IMG/VR virus record: IMGVR_UViG_3300045988_103846
Direction: 5' to 3' (one strand)
Length of the DNA stretch: 64,000 bases
Source of the DNA: a virus
Part shown: positions 17,547 to 26,154 of the stretch, piece after piece
How positions within the stretch are numbered: the first letter of the stretch is position 1
Layout of the letters: the number at the start of each line of letters is the position of its first letter
Notes under the pieces: model-generated
The model's input: the letters and a program-made list of their open reading frames with translations, nothing else
Told to the model about the DNA's origin: nothing
The model's database searches: none
Made by a program: the position numbers and the translations under genes

Positions 17547-17966
17547 TTATCGTTTTACACCCCCGAGTTTATCTGCCCATTTCTCGGTCCAGAAATGATG
17601 GTAATCTTTGCCGTGACATAGATACCCATGGAAGCCAGCATGAATGATAGACTGATAACCGATCAACAGGATATAGAATGGACCAAACATTAGAGACTGC
17701 CTTGTGTGGCCGTATTCATGTTTTATAGTTTTTAAGCCCTCCTCCCAATCGGAATGGCGATATGAATGATATACCCAATTTACGATAACATAGTTACCAA
17801 GAGAGATAGCTCCTTTTATCTTGTCAGTAAAGAGGTAATTTACACCTTTGTAAATATCTCTATGGGTCCTGGTAGATATTCGTTTATACCACCAAAATAG
17901 TATAAGGCCCAGAATATTCTGGGGTAGCTGCCAAATGAACAGCAAGATCTGTTTTACTCTTTTCAT
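17547..17966 (-). CDS. membrane protein with HExxH zincin motif (DUF3267-like)
   Basis: Hydrophobic segments ILLFIWQLPQNILGLILFWW and LMFGPFYILLIGYQSIIHAGF flank KHEYGHTRQS (HExxH). Confidence 0.45.
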   Translation of the reverse strand: MKRVKQILLFIWQLPQNILGLILFWWYKRISTRTHRDIYKGVNYLFTDKIKGAISLGNYVIVNWVYHSYRHSDWEEGLKTIKHEYGHTRQSLMFGPFYILLIGYQSIIHAGFHGYLCHGKDYHHFWTEKWADKLGGVKR

Positions 17967-17989
17967 ATTAGTTGTTTTTATATTTATGT

Positions 17990-18325
17990 TTACCTATGGT
18001 CTCCAGAACCTCCAATTTTCCCCCTTTCGGCTCTGGAGTGGAGTTTTTCATAATTCATCTGGGCCACATCTTCTAAGGTATAACCACACTCCTTGGCCAA
18101 CATAGCGATATACCAGAGGCAATCTCCAGCCTCATACATAAGTTCACGCAGTTTTTCCGGATTGCAAACCCCGTTGTCGTCACGGAATATCTTCTTTACC
18201 TTATTCGCCACCTCTCCGGCCTCTCCGGTCAGCCCAAGAGAGCAGTAAGTGATTGCCAGGAACTGATTCGGCCTGCTATAATTGGACGTCTCCTGGGCTT
18301 TTTCCTGATATTCATTTAACTTCAT
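17990..18325 (-). CDS. mazG: MazG-like nucleoside triphosphate pyrophosphohydrolase
   Basis: LGLTGEAGEVANKVKK and YEAGDCLWYIAMLA (the EExxE...ExxD-type MazG helices), C-terminal YEKLHSRAERGKIGGSGDHR. ATG at 18325; the track start at 18331 is a TTG. Confidence 0.75.
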   Translation of the reverse strand: MKLNEYQEKAQETSNYSRPNQFLAITYCSLGLTGEAGEVANKVKKIFRDDNGVCNPEKLRELMYEAGDCLWYIAMLAKECGYTLEDVAQMNYEKLHSRAERGKIGGSGDHR

Positions 18326-18441
18326 ATTCAACTGTTTTGAATTAATAGGTTTTTGGCAATTAATTCTGTACCTCTTGCAATTTTCTTTCTATATAACAAA
18401 TATGGGTGCTTCATACAGTATCTAAACAGCCACTCTGTCTA

Positions 18442-18485
18442 TATTCAACTCGGTTAGAGTTGAATACTGATGACGAAGTCATCAG
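18442..18485. repeat. two abutting perfect hairpins
   Basis: TATTCAACTC-GGTTA-GAGTTGAATA (10-bp stem, 18442-18466) is immediately followed by CTGATGAC-GAA-GTCATCAG (8-bp stem, 18467-18485). Confidence 0.8.
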
Positions 18486-18554
18486 GGCTTGATTTTTAAT
18501 TCTTAAGTACATAAATGTATAAATGGGTAGGGGATATTAAGGGTTAGTTTATAT

Positions 18555-18587
18555 TAGATATATTTATTTTTTATATAAATATATCTA
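18555..18587. repeat. 13-bp A/T-rich perfect inverted repeat
   Basis: TAGATATATTTAT-TTTTTAT-ATAAATATATCTA. Confidence 0.8.
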
Positions 18588-18692
18588 TAATATACCCGTT
18601 ATTCCCTCCCTTTTTCCTTTCTGGTTCTCTTTCCTTTTTCCCTAGTAGAGAGCTGTGTCGCTCGAAGCAATTTTTGGCAATGCAAAATAAGC

Positions 18693-18760
18693 CCTCGCAG
18701 AGAAGCTTTAGAATTAAAACTAAGTAACTAGACATTTTAATAATAATTCTCTCTGCGAGG
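18693..18760. repeat. 11-bp inverted repeat enclosing a 46-nt A/T-rich loop, directly downstream of the helicase stop
   Basis: CCTCGCAGAGA (18693-18703) pairs with TCTCTGCGAGG (18750-18760). On the minus strand it is followed by GCTTATTTTGC. Possibly a terminator or RNA element. Confidence 0.6.
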
Positions 18761-18787
18761 TACTCTTCGCCGCCGTTTAGGCACAGA

Positions 18788-20260
18788 TTATTTATTAACT
18801 TTACTTGCAATTTTTAATTTTACCTTTGATGGCACCATTAATACCTTAAGCTTTTCTTTTTTATAATAGGCCTTGCGATGTTTGGCATGCCGGGTTAAAT
18901 AATGGCCCGGGAACATAAGGTCATCTAAATAGGCTTTATCTTTGCCCTCGGATTGACGAACAAGACGACCAAGGATCTGAATAGCCTTCTCATTTGAATC
19001 CATTGAAGCAGTGTTCTGAAGATATCTCAGGGCAGGGAAATTCTTGCCTCTAGAAATGATAGTAGTAGCAATTAGCACATCTATCTTTCCTAATCTGAAA
19101 TCTTCTAGAATTTGATTGCGATTTTTAGTCTCATGGTGCACAAAAGCTATGTTCCACTTGAGACCAAGGGATTGAGCCCTATCTTTGTAGAACTGATAGA
19201 GCTGTTCACAGTGATCAATGAATTTGGTGACGATGAGCATAGGAAATCTATGGTACTTGGCATTGTACAGAGCTCTGTCAAATGATTCCCAGTAAGCTTC
19301 TTCATTGTTAGTTATTGTAGCAGCATACTCATCTGGGTAGTTAGTCTGATCCTTGTCTTCCAGGTTAGTGTCAATCATTTTTACAACTACTGGAGTAGCT
19401 CTGCCTGCTTTCATCTGATCTATAAGTTTTACAGTGTCTACCTTATCACCAATGAAAGACATGATATTAAGGTTGTGAACCTGGTCTTTCTTGAGTTTGC
19501 TCATGTAGAGAGTACCAGAGAGGCCAACTCTAACTCTAGTGTTATAGAGATGCTCTATTACCCCCTTGTAAGTCTTGTTGTCTATGATATCAGCCTCATC
19601 AATAAGGCATATCTCTATCTTAGCAAGCTCCCATTGATACTTCTTAAGATTTCTTGAGATAGATTGAACCATAGCAACATTGAAGTCTCCAAACTCTGCT
19701 TTAGCTCCCTGGATGAACTTGACATCTATTCCCGGGAGCATAGGGGGAATCTCTCTCTTGAATTGATTGAAGAGGTCGGAGTCATTCAATAATAGGATGG
19801 TCTTCAGCTTATTGTTGTAAGCTTTATGGATTGCACTGAAGAGCAGAGATTTTCCAAATCCCACTGCAAGATCTCCAGCACAGACGTGAAATGGAACCCC
19901 TCCTATCTTATGATAGAGAATCTTCTCCAGGGCTTGCTTCTGACGAGGGTACAAGGTCTTGTCTCCAAGAGTATCTGGGATGACGGGCTCAGGGAGTTTA
20001 GCCCTCTCATCTATTACTTTTACTCTTTGACCCATCTTAGTTGCCTCTTCATATACCTTTGGAAGAAGCCCTATTCTGAATCTACCTGCATCTGAAATGT
20101 ACTTGATGAAGCCATCCCATTTAGTCTTTCCCTTTTGATACATTAGGATGTGCCAAGCATTCGGATGTTTCACACGAAAAAGATCACAAAGCTTCATCAA
20201 AGCCTTGCGATCCCCGTCTAATTGGCAGATATTGCCATTCTTAATCTCAATTGTAACCAT
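18788..20260 (-). CDS. superfamily-2 DEAD/DEAH-box DNA helicase
   Basis: Motif I AVGFGKSLLF, motif II CLIDEADII, motif III GLSGTL, motif VI QILGRLVRQ. Start set to the ATG at 20260 (MVTIEIK), after the upstream stop at 20271. Confidence 0.8.
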   Translation of the reverse strand: MVTIEIKNGNICQLDGDRKALMKLCDLFRVKHPNAWHILMYQKGKTKWDGFIKYISDAGRFRIGLLPKVYEEATKMGQRVKVIDERAKLPEPVIPDTLGDKTLYPRQKQALEKILYHKIGGVPFHVCAGDLAVGFGKSLLFSAIHKAYNNKLKTILLLNDSDLFNQFKREIPPMLPGIDVKFIQGAKAEFGDFNVAMVQSISRNLKKYQWELAKIEICLIDEADIIDNKTYKGVIEHLYNTRVRVGLSGTLYMSKLKKDQVHNLNIMSFIGDKVDTVKLIDQMKAGRATPVVVKMIDTNLEDKDQTNYPDEYAATITNNEEAYWESFDRALYNAKYHRFPMLIVTKFIDHCEQLYQFYKDRAQSLGLKWNIAFVHHETKNRNQILEDFRLGKIDVLIATTIISRGKNFPALRYLQNTASMDSNEKAIQILGRLVRQSEGKDKAYLDDLMFPGHYLTRHAKHRKAYYKKEKLKVLMVPSKVKLKIASKVNK

Positions 20261-20270
20261 ATAGTTAGAT

Positions 20271-21101
20271 TTATTTGAACTGTTTCCAAGTGTCTTCTGA
20301 TAGAGCTGCTCTCTTAACTTGTATACCATTCTTAGCAATGAATTGGGCTAGTCTCTGCTCGGCTTTATCGTTACCCAGATCCCTTAGGTTTGGTATACCG
20401 TTGCAGAAACTGAGGGCAGCAAACTGAGCAGAGATGAAAGCATAGTAATCCATATTGTACTTGTCAGCTAATTCCCTGGCTTGAACAAAGTATACATATT
20501 CGGATGGATTCTGGGTGTAGTCTACATACATCCCAGTCATCTCCGATACTTTGGATTGATATATACTCATAATTTCTCTAGTGTTCTGAGGATAAGGGTC
20601 ATTCCTTATGGATTCCTCTGCAGTATACCTACTGTCTATGTAGCTAGCCTTTTGCACCATCCAAGAAGCAGCAAAGTTGAAGTTTGGTCTCTTTGCTTTA
20701 GTCATCATCTTCAGACCAAGCTCAATGAAAGCAATGTAGCCAGCCCTCTTCTCCAGATCATGGTTATCACAGAACTGATTCAATACTGTGGTTAGTTGTC
20801 TAATCTGACCCCAGGTCTGATCTGTCTGCTTTATCTTAGTCACTCCCACATGTTTCATCTTTATCCTGCAAGAATATATTATATGGGCAGCAAGATTGGC
20901 ATCTCCTATGGAGCCCTCACTCCTTCGGATAGTCTTCTCTTCTCTCTTAGTGTTTGCAACCATAGTTCGGTTGTCACATGACACTTCCCTTGCTGCCCTC
21001 ATCAGTCTGTCTATGTTGGGCTTAGACAACTTTATACCAAGCTCCTTAGTGAGATGTATAAAGACACTTTTGGTGATGTGTATACTGGGTTCTCTATCCA
21101 T
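20271..21101 (-). CDS. hypothetical protein (between helicase and primase)
   Basis: 276-aa ORF with ATG start. No motif recognised. Confidence 0.65.
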   Translation of the reverse strand: MDREPSIHITKSVFIHLTKELGIKLSKPNIDRLMRAAREVSCDNRTMVANTKREEKTIRRSEGSIGDANLAAHIIYSCRIKMKHVGVTKIKQTDQTWGQIRQLTTVLNQFCDNHDLEKRAGYIAFIELGLKMMTKAKRPNFNFAASWMVQKASYIDSRYTAEESIRNDPYPQNTREIMSIYQSKVSEMTGMYVDYTQNPSEYVYFVQARELADKYNMDYYAFISAQFAALSFCNGIPNLRDLGNDKAEQRLAQFIAKNGIQVKRAALSEDTWKQFK

Positions 21102-21103
21102 TT

Positions 21104-22054
21104 TTATAAGCTTTGTTTTAATGCTAATAGTTCTTGATAAGATTGATAATGTACTTGATAGACATATCTAAGCACTTCCTTTCTCCCCAAGTCATTGCAA
21201 TCTTTCCCCTCAGGTAAGAACACTACCTTTACCCTTTTATAATTAACTAGCTTGAGGGCAAGATCAAGCGCATACGCCTTTGCATCGGGGTCAAAGAGAA
21301 GAATTATTCTCTCAACGGGGGATTTTATCATTTCATTTATTTGGTATCTGCTAACGGCTTTTCCTCCCGATGCAATGCCCCTATCCCCCATTGTCTGAGC
21401 ATTGATCGCCCCCTCACATAAAAAGATAGACTGATACATGTCAAGAGCATCTTTATTGTAGATAATGAAGGACTTTCCCAGACCAGACTCTGAAGCATCT
21501 GGGTTGTTATATCTTGGTCCGTTGCCTGCAAAGAGTCGGGCATTGAAGTATACTAGCTGGCCATGTTCATGAAAGGGTATTATCAAATAACCGAAATATT
21601 TGTCTTTAGTTCCATACCCCCATCCTCTCTTAGATAGGTCTTCTACATTGAACCCTCTCTTGGTGACATAAGCTCTAGCCATCTTGGCTAATGTAGAGTC
21701 CCCCTGATTTAGAAGCTTAAAGCCCTCTGGAAGATACAGATCTCTCTTCCCTCTAAGCTCTATCTTCTCCTCTTTGAAGACATATCCAGAGTATTCTTCT
21801 TTATCAAGCAGCTGAATTACTTGACTGTAATTGTCTAGATTTTCTAGATACAGGACTAAGTCAATTGTAGAGGGGTGTTCTCCACATCTGAAGCAGTTGC
21901 ATCGATTCATGCTCAGGTTGATACCAAACTTCAGATCTCTTCCGCAATATGGACACTTAGACTTCATCCACCCGTGACGATAATCAAATGCCCCAAGTTT
22001 GATCTGGAAGTACTTGTGGAGACGACCCTTTATATTATTTGACAATCTAGACAT
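21104..22054 (-). CDS. DNA primase (zinc ribbon + TOPRIM)
   Basis: CPYCGRDLKFGINLSMNRCNCFRCG zinc ribbon. TOPRIM segments IFLCEGAINAQT and ILLFDPDAKA. Confidence 0.75.
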   Translation of the reverse strand: MSRLSNNIKGRLHKYFQIKLGAFDYRHGWMKSKCPYCGRDLKFGINLSMNRCNCFRCGEHPSTIDLVLYLENLDNYSQVIQLLDKEEYSGYVFKEEKIELRGKRDLYLPEGFKLLNQGDSTLAKMARAYVTKRGFNVEDLSKRGWGYGTKDKYFGYLIIPFHEHGQLVYFNARLFAGNGPRYNNPDASESGLGKSFIIYNKDALDMYQSIFLCEGAINAQTMGDRGIASGGKAVSRYQINEMIKSPVERIILLFDPDAKAYALDLALKLVNYKRVKVVFLPEGKDCNDLGRKEVLRYVYQVHYQSYQELLALKQSL

Positions 22055-22379
22055 TACGACTCCTTAAGTATTCTTCTTTAGTCACTTTGTGAAAGACCAA
22101 CCAAGTCCCATCAGTTCTAGTGTAACCTGAGCAAGTAGTATTGGCTTCCTTAGTAGTGAGTATTCTTTGACAAATCCCGCCCTCTAAGAAGTCACACCCT
22201 TTACAATTTCCAGGCAAGGGTGCTTCTACTGCTTGGTAATAATGCCCTCGAGAGGAGAATATATGACCGGGCTTTATGAAGATCTTAGCATAAGCCAGAT
22301 TGTGGGGACTAATCATACTAGCCCTGTCCCTGTGATTGTCCATCATTGCTTTTATGGACATCGATATATCGTTTCTCAT
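22047..22379 (-). CDS. hypothetical Cys-containing protein
   Basis: 110-aa ORF with ATG start, overlapping the primase start by 8 nt. Confidence 0.55.
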   Translation of the reverse strand: MRNDISMSIKAMMDNHRDRASMISPHNLAYAKIFIKPGHIFSSRGHYYQAVEAPLPGNCKGCDFLEGGICQRILTTKEANTTCSGYTRTDGTWLVFHKVTKEEYLRSRNV

Positions 22380-22394
22380 TTTATTGATTATTTA

Positions 22395-23846
22395 TTAAAT
22401 GTCACCTGTCTTGTGGGCTGCTTTAGAAGCATCTGCCCTTGTATTATTATTAGACTTTCGCTTGATCATTTGATCTACTATCTTCCCCTGAGTCTCATCA
22501 TATTTAGCCCGAGCATCTTTGGAGAATTCTTTCCACCTCTGCCTGTCAGGATCAATATTAAAGAGACATCTCCCATGAGGTTTACCATCCCTCTGAACTA
22601 CAATTTCAAGCCTCTGAATATTATGCTCTTCTTCATCATCAGTAGAGTTGAGACCCATGATGCACTGGGCATTTCTGATGATAGATATTGCAGAAGCAAT
22701 ATCGTTGTCTTCATACACAGTATCTTTATGCTTAGCCCCCTCTCGAGTTATATGCTGAGCAGTCCATATTGCATCTAGTCCCAGCTCATTCCCGAGATTA
22801 TCTAGATCAATGTATACTTGATTGATTCTCTCTATATCCTCTTTTTGACGAAGAGTAGACCCGAGCTTTGCAGCATAATCAACCATGAGTATATTGATCT
22901 TGATTCCCAGCTCTGCTTCCACTTTCTGAATGATAGCCCTGATCGTGTTAGTGTCATCAATGAGAGCAGCTACCCTTTCTACAATGAACTCAACCCCGAG
23001 TCTCTTATATTTCCTCATGTGCTTCTGCTCCTGCTTATCATAATCTCCAGAGAGAAGGTCTAGTTTAGTTTTGTTCAAAGTAGATTGAATCATTCTCTCC
23101 ATGATCTGCCTCTTTCCATTCTCAGTGTCTATATAGAGAACATTCTTCTTCATCGACAGATACCCTCTTGCTACATTGATGAGAGCAAAGGTCTTCTTGG
23201 CTTTTGGTCGATCTAGTAGAACAAAGATTGAACCCCGAGAGTAGCCCTGTCCATTAGATAGATTATTTAATTGCCAGTATGGAGTGGGAATAACATCAGG
23301 GTCAGCTTGTCTGAATAACTGTCTCTGGCTAGTTCCCCTTACCATCATCAGAGGCTCTTCCTCTTTGACTGGCTTAGATTCTTGGATGATTTTAGAAACC
23401 TTAGATTGGTAGTCAGCATAAGTGTTGAAGTTAGAGAAATCCATTTGCTCGGTGAGAGCCTTCATCTCTACATAAGCGGCAAATTGATAGATCTTCTCTA
23501 AGATAGCATCCCCGTCCTTAAGAGGGATCCCGTACAGGTTGTCGATGACCTTATGAATATTAGGGATATCCTCTTTGGTCACCAGGTCTACATAGCTCTT
23601 GTCTTCAAGCAAATTCTTGAGAGTCTCAATCAAGAGAGGTTTACTTGGGATCTTCTTATATTTCCGGTAGAACTTATGCAGCCCCTCTAATATAAGGGAA
23701 TGCTCAATCAGAGCAAAATAACCGGGCTTGACCTTGTTCATCACAAGTGAACCCTCTTTACCCTGGATCAAGAACCTCAAAACCTCCAGTTGAAACTCCA
23801 GAGAGAATGAGAATTTGTTAGTTGCATCAAAAGTGTGCTTCTTCAT
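22395..23846 (-). CDS. DnaB-like replicative helicase
   Basis: RecA-like C-terminal domain with FVLLDRPKAKKTFALINVA (degenerate Walker A), ILMVDYAAKL (Walker B), IWTAQHITREG. Start set to the ATG at 23846 (MKKHTFD). Confidence 0.65.
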   Translation of the reverse strand: MKKHTFDATNKFSFSLEFQLEVLRFLIQGKEGSLVMNKVKPGYFALIEHSLILEGLHKFYRKYKKIPSKPLLIETLKNLLEDKSYVDLVTKEDIPNIHKVIDNLYGIPLKDGDAILEKIYQFAAYVEMKALTEQMDFSNFNTYADYQSKVSKIIQESKPVKEEEPLMMVRGTSQRQLFRQADPDVIPTPYWQLNNLSNGQGYSRGSIFVLLDRPKAKKTFALINVARGYLSMKKNVLYIDTENGKRQIMERMIQSTLNKTKLDLLSGDYDKQEQKHMRKYKRLGVEFIVERVAALIDDTNTIRAIIQKVEAELGIKINILMVDYAAKLGSTLRQKEDIERINQVYIDLDNLGNELGLDAIWTAQHITREGAKHKDTVYEDNDIASAISIIRNAQCIMGLNSTDDEEEHNIQRLEIVVQRDGKPHGRCLFNIDPDRQRWKEFSKDARAKYDETQGKIVDQMIKRKSNNNTRADASKAAHKTGDI

Positions 23847-23975
23847 ATCAGTTGTTAATATTGCAATATAATTGCTCAATAGTATTTGAAAGAACACCTG
23901 ATGCTATTCCTGAAGTAGCTCTCATAGCAGCCTCTAAGAAGATTTTTCTCAGGAGTCTATCAAATTTCAAAATTT

Positions 23976-23994
23976 ATTATTATATTTGCATTGT
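23976..23994 (+). promoter_or_regulatory. Bacteroidota-type promoter (-7 box TAnnTTTG) for the sigma-like gene
   Basis: ATTATTATATTTGCATTGT contains TATATTTG (23981-23988), whose G is 25 nt before the ATG at 24014. 18/19 identical to the element at 595-613 (-). Confidence 0.55.
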
Positions 23995-24013
23995 AATTTA
24001 ATAATAAGCTTAT

Positions 24014-24664
24014 ATGAAAACGAAAGGCACAAACGGCTCAGAAGTTCACAGGTTGAAGACATTTGAGCACGTGGATGAAAAATTATTCAACCGACTCTGG
24101 AAGACTTGCCAGCCCCTGATAAGGAAGCTGTCCAGGAATATAGATCTCCGGAAGTACAATGTCTCCCAGGATGTTATACAATCTTACTTTGAGGACAAGT
24201 TCCTCTATGTCTACAACAAATATCAGGATAAATATGATGAGGATCATCTAAAATATACCCTGATACATTCCCTTACTCAATTCAGAAACAAGCTACTTAG
24301 GGCAGCCTATACTGAGCAAGCAGAGTTTAATGATGACATGAGATCTCTAGATGATTTATCAGTGGAGAAAGATTGGGATATAGAAGATGAAGATGAAACA
24401 GCTTATAAATCAGAGCTGTCTCAGAAACTGCATAAATTCATGAAAGAACATCTCACAGATGATGAATATCTTTTATTCATCACTCAGCTCAATCCCCCTC
24501 CATTCTTTGATGAGAGAATCAAGGAGTCTCATGGAAGGATATCTGCTTATGCTTTGATTGAGTTCTTTGAGCTCCCGAAGAACATGAGATCCCAGGAGAT
24601 TATATCCCAGATGAGGGCGGATATTCAGGAAGCTCTAGACTTAGCTGCTAGAACTTTACGCTAA
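24014..24664 (+). CDS. ECF-type sigma-factor-like protein
   Basis: Region-2-like segment FNRLWKTCQPLIRKLSRNI...SQDVIQSYFEDKFLYVYNKY...LIHSLTQFRNKLLR. Region-4-like C-terminus HLTDDEYLLFITQL...IEFFELPKNMRSQEIISQMRADIQEAL. The only plus-strand gene inside about 63 kb of minus-strand genes. Confidence 0.5.
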   Translation: MKTKGTNGSEVHRLKTFEHVDEKLFNRLWKTCQPLIRKLSRNIDLRKYNVSQDVIQSYFEDKFLYVYNKYQDKYDEDHLKYTLIHSLTQFRNKLLRAAYTEQAEFNDDMRSLDDLSVEKDWDIEDEDETAYKSELSQKLHKFMKEHLTDDEYLLFITQLNPPPFFDERIKESHGRISAYALIEFFELPKNMRSQEIISQMRADIQEALDLAARTLR

Positions 24665-24736
24665 AAGAGGCCAGAACTCCTTGCGGAATTCCAGCCTCCG
24701 GAATTAACCAACTCAACTGATGGCTAACGGCTATGA

Positions 24737-25201
24737 CTAAATTTTGATCTCTATGTAAATTTTCTCTCCCCTTTGATCAGCTTCTTTCAGGATTGAATAC
24801 AGGGATCTAAAAGTTTCTGTGGATTCTAATACTTTCCCGACAGCTTTATTTTTGCCCACTAAGATACAGCCTGCAGTTTGAGTAGCCTTGTTTCCTATAT
24901 GTATGAGGATTCCCTCATAACCTGGAACTTTAAGAAGTCGAGGAAGATACCCTTTACAGAAAGCATAAGCTGGAGTAGTGGCAAATTTAGGGGACTGCAT
25001 CTTCATATACACTTGATAAGTACCCCGAGGTATAGCTGTCTGAGTTTTTATCTTTATAGCTAGTATCTCTTCTTTTGGCATAGTTTGAGTGAGACCCCGA
25101 TCGGTATCTTCTATAGTATCGCAGAAATATTCTCCATTGATATATAGCTTACCTATGGTATATTTGGGTTTGAGGTATTTTCTAATCAAGGTTAACTTCA
25201 T
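24737..25201 (-). CDS. putative cell-wall hydrolase with a YkuD-like His/Cys motif (endolysin candidate)
   Basis: GILIHIGNKATQTAGCILVG resembles the H...(S/T)xGC(I/V) catalytic signature of the L,D-transpeptidase fold. Overlaps the holin-like gene. ATG at 25201; the track start at 25207 is a TTG. Confidence 0.4.
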   Translation of the reverse strand: MKLTLIRKYLKPKYTIGKLYINGEYFCDTIEDTDRGLTQTMPKEEILAIKIKTQTAIPRGTYQVYMKMQSPKFATTPAYAFCKGYLPRLLKVPGYEGILIHIGNKATQTAGCILVGKNKAVGKVLESTETFRSLYSILKEADQRGEKIYIEIKI

Positions 25202-25676
25202 CGTCAATATGTTTTTTTTGGTTGTACATTCTGAGCATCTCTTTAATTTCTTCTCTATCCATGAGTTTAAGAAGAAGAGCTAAAGTCTGATCCTGAGACT
25301 TCTTGGTTTTCGCATCTGCTTTTTCTCGAACTGATAGGAACTCCACTATGAGCAGGAAGATGCCCACTATTATAGTTATAATAGGAACCCCCAGGAGCAA
25401 TGTTATACCGGTCAACTCCCAGAATCTAGCATAGTGTATTAACACATCTACTAGAGAAGCAATGAAAAGCCCTCCCTCATAAGTGATAAACTTAGTGAGT
25501 GTTCTCTTAAGAGCTTCTGATCGATGGACCTCATTTCGTTGCTTAGCTTTATACAAGCCAGAGCCAAGATCTATGATCATGGCCATCAGCACGCAGAGCA
25601 TTACAATTACAACTTGAAAGAACATACCAGGTGTTTCGAACAATAGTTCAGGCATTGTGATTAAAATTTTAGACAT
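25182..25676 (-). CDS. holin-like membrane protein
   Basis: Three hydrophobic segments (FFQVVIVMLCVLMAMII, GGLFIASLVDVLI, LLLGVPIITIIVGIFLLIV), IIDLGSGLYKA as in LL-H-type holins, and a charged C-terminus. Confidence 0.5.
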   Translation of the reverse strand: MSKILITMPELLFETPGMFFQVVIVMLCVLMAMIIDLGSGLYKAKQRNEVHRSEALKRTLTKFITYEGGLFIASLVDVLIHYARFWELTGITLLLGVPIITIIVGIFLLIVEFLSVREKADAKTKKSQDQTLALLLKLMDREEIKEMLRMYNQKKHIDDEVNLD

Positions 25677-25707
25677 CGGTACTTTGATTGATTAGAGATT
25701 ATCTCGA

Positions 25708-26154
25708 TTAGAAGTCTGACCACGGGATCTGAAGATCTTGACCCATGACATCAGAGAGCCATCGGTTGAAGATCATTCCCTCATAGCCGTCTATGTCCAT
25801 TGCAGTGTGAAGAGCAAAGTCAATGCACTGGGCCTCAGTAAGGAGGTCTGGACAGAAATCGGCATAGGCCATGTTTGCTAGATAAGTGAGGTCTCCGAGA
25901 GTAGCTTTGGGCGGGAAGTTGTCCAGAGCTTCTGCACTTTTCTTTGAGGCCTCCCTCACAGCGGCAGCATTCCAAGAGTGAGAAGAACCATCTGAGTTCT
26001 TCATTAGTGAGCTGGCATATACAGCCAGTTGATTAGTGAAATGTCTGCCGTTTCTTTTAATATAAGATTGAAAGCCAGGGTCTTCGCAGCAGGCATTAGA
26101 ATTGCCGCTAGAGCTTTCTTTTATGATTTCCCCTATAAATCTATAGCGCTTCAT
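25708..26154 (-). CDS. hypothetical protein
   Basis: 148-aa ORF with ATG start. No motif recognised. Confidence 0.6.
   Translation of the reverse strand: MKRYRFIGEIIKESSSGNSNACCEDPGFQSYIKRNGRHFTNQLAVYASSLMKNSDGSSHSWNAAAVREASKKSAEALDNFPPKATLGDLTYLANMAYADFCPDLLTEAQCIDFALHTAMDIDGYEGMIFNRWLSDVMGQDLQIPWSDF

Noticed and set aside
18571-18810. 79-aa minus-strand ORF in the non-coding island.
   Set aside because: It overlaps the helicase 3' end out of frame, runs through the inverted repeats and the polypyrimidine tract, and translates to low-complexity sequence. I treat the region as non-coding, though a small protein cannot be excluded.
22233-22778. 181-aa plus-strand ORF overlapping the DnaB-like helicase and the 110-aa gene.
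   Set aside because: It is antisense to a gene with helicase motifs, has a low-complexity hydrophobic translation, and no start context. Most likely spurious.
24669-24705. Possible bidirectional terminator between the convergent sigma-like and lysin genes (GGCCAGAACTCC-TTGC-GGAATTCCAGCC, plus a CGGAATT direct repeat).
   Set aside because: Only 9 of 12 stem positions pair and there is no flanking T-run. This is too weak to call.
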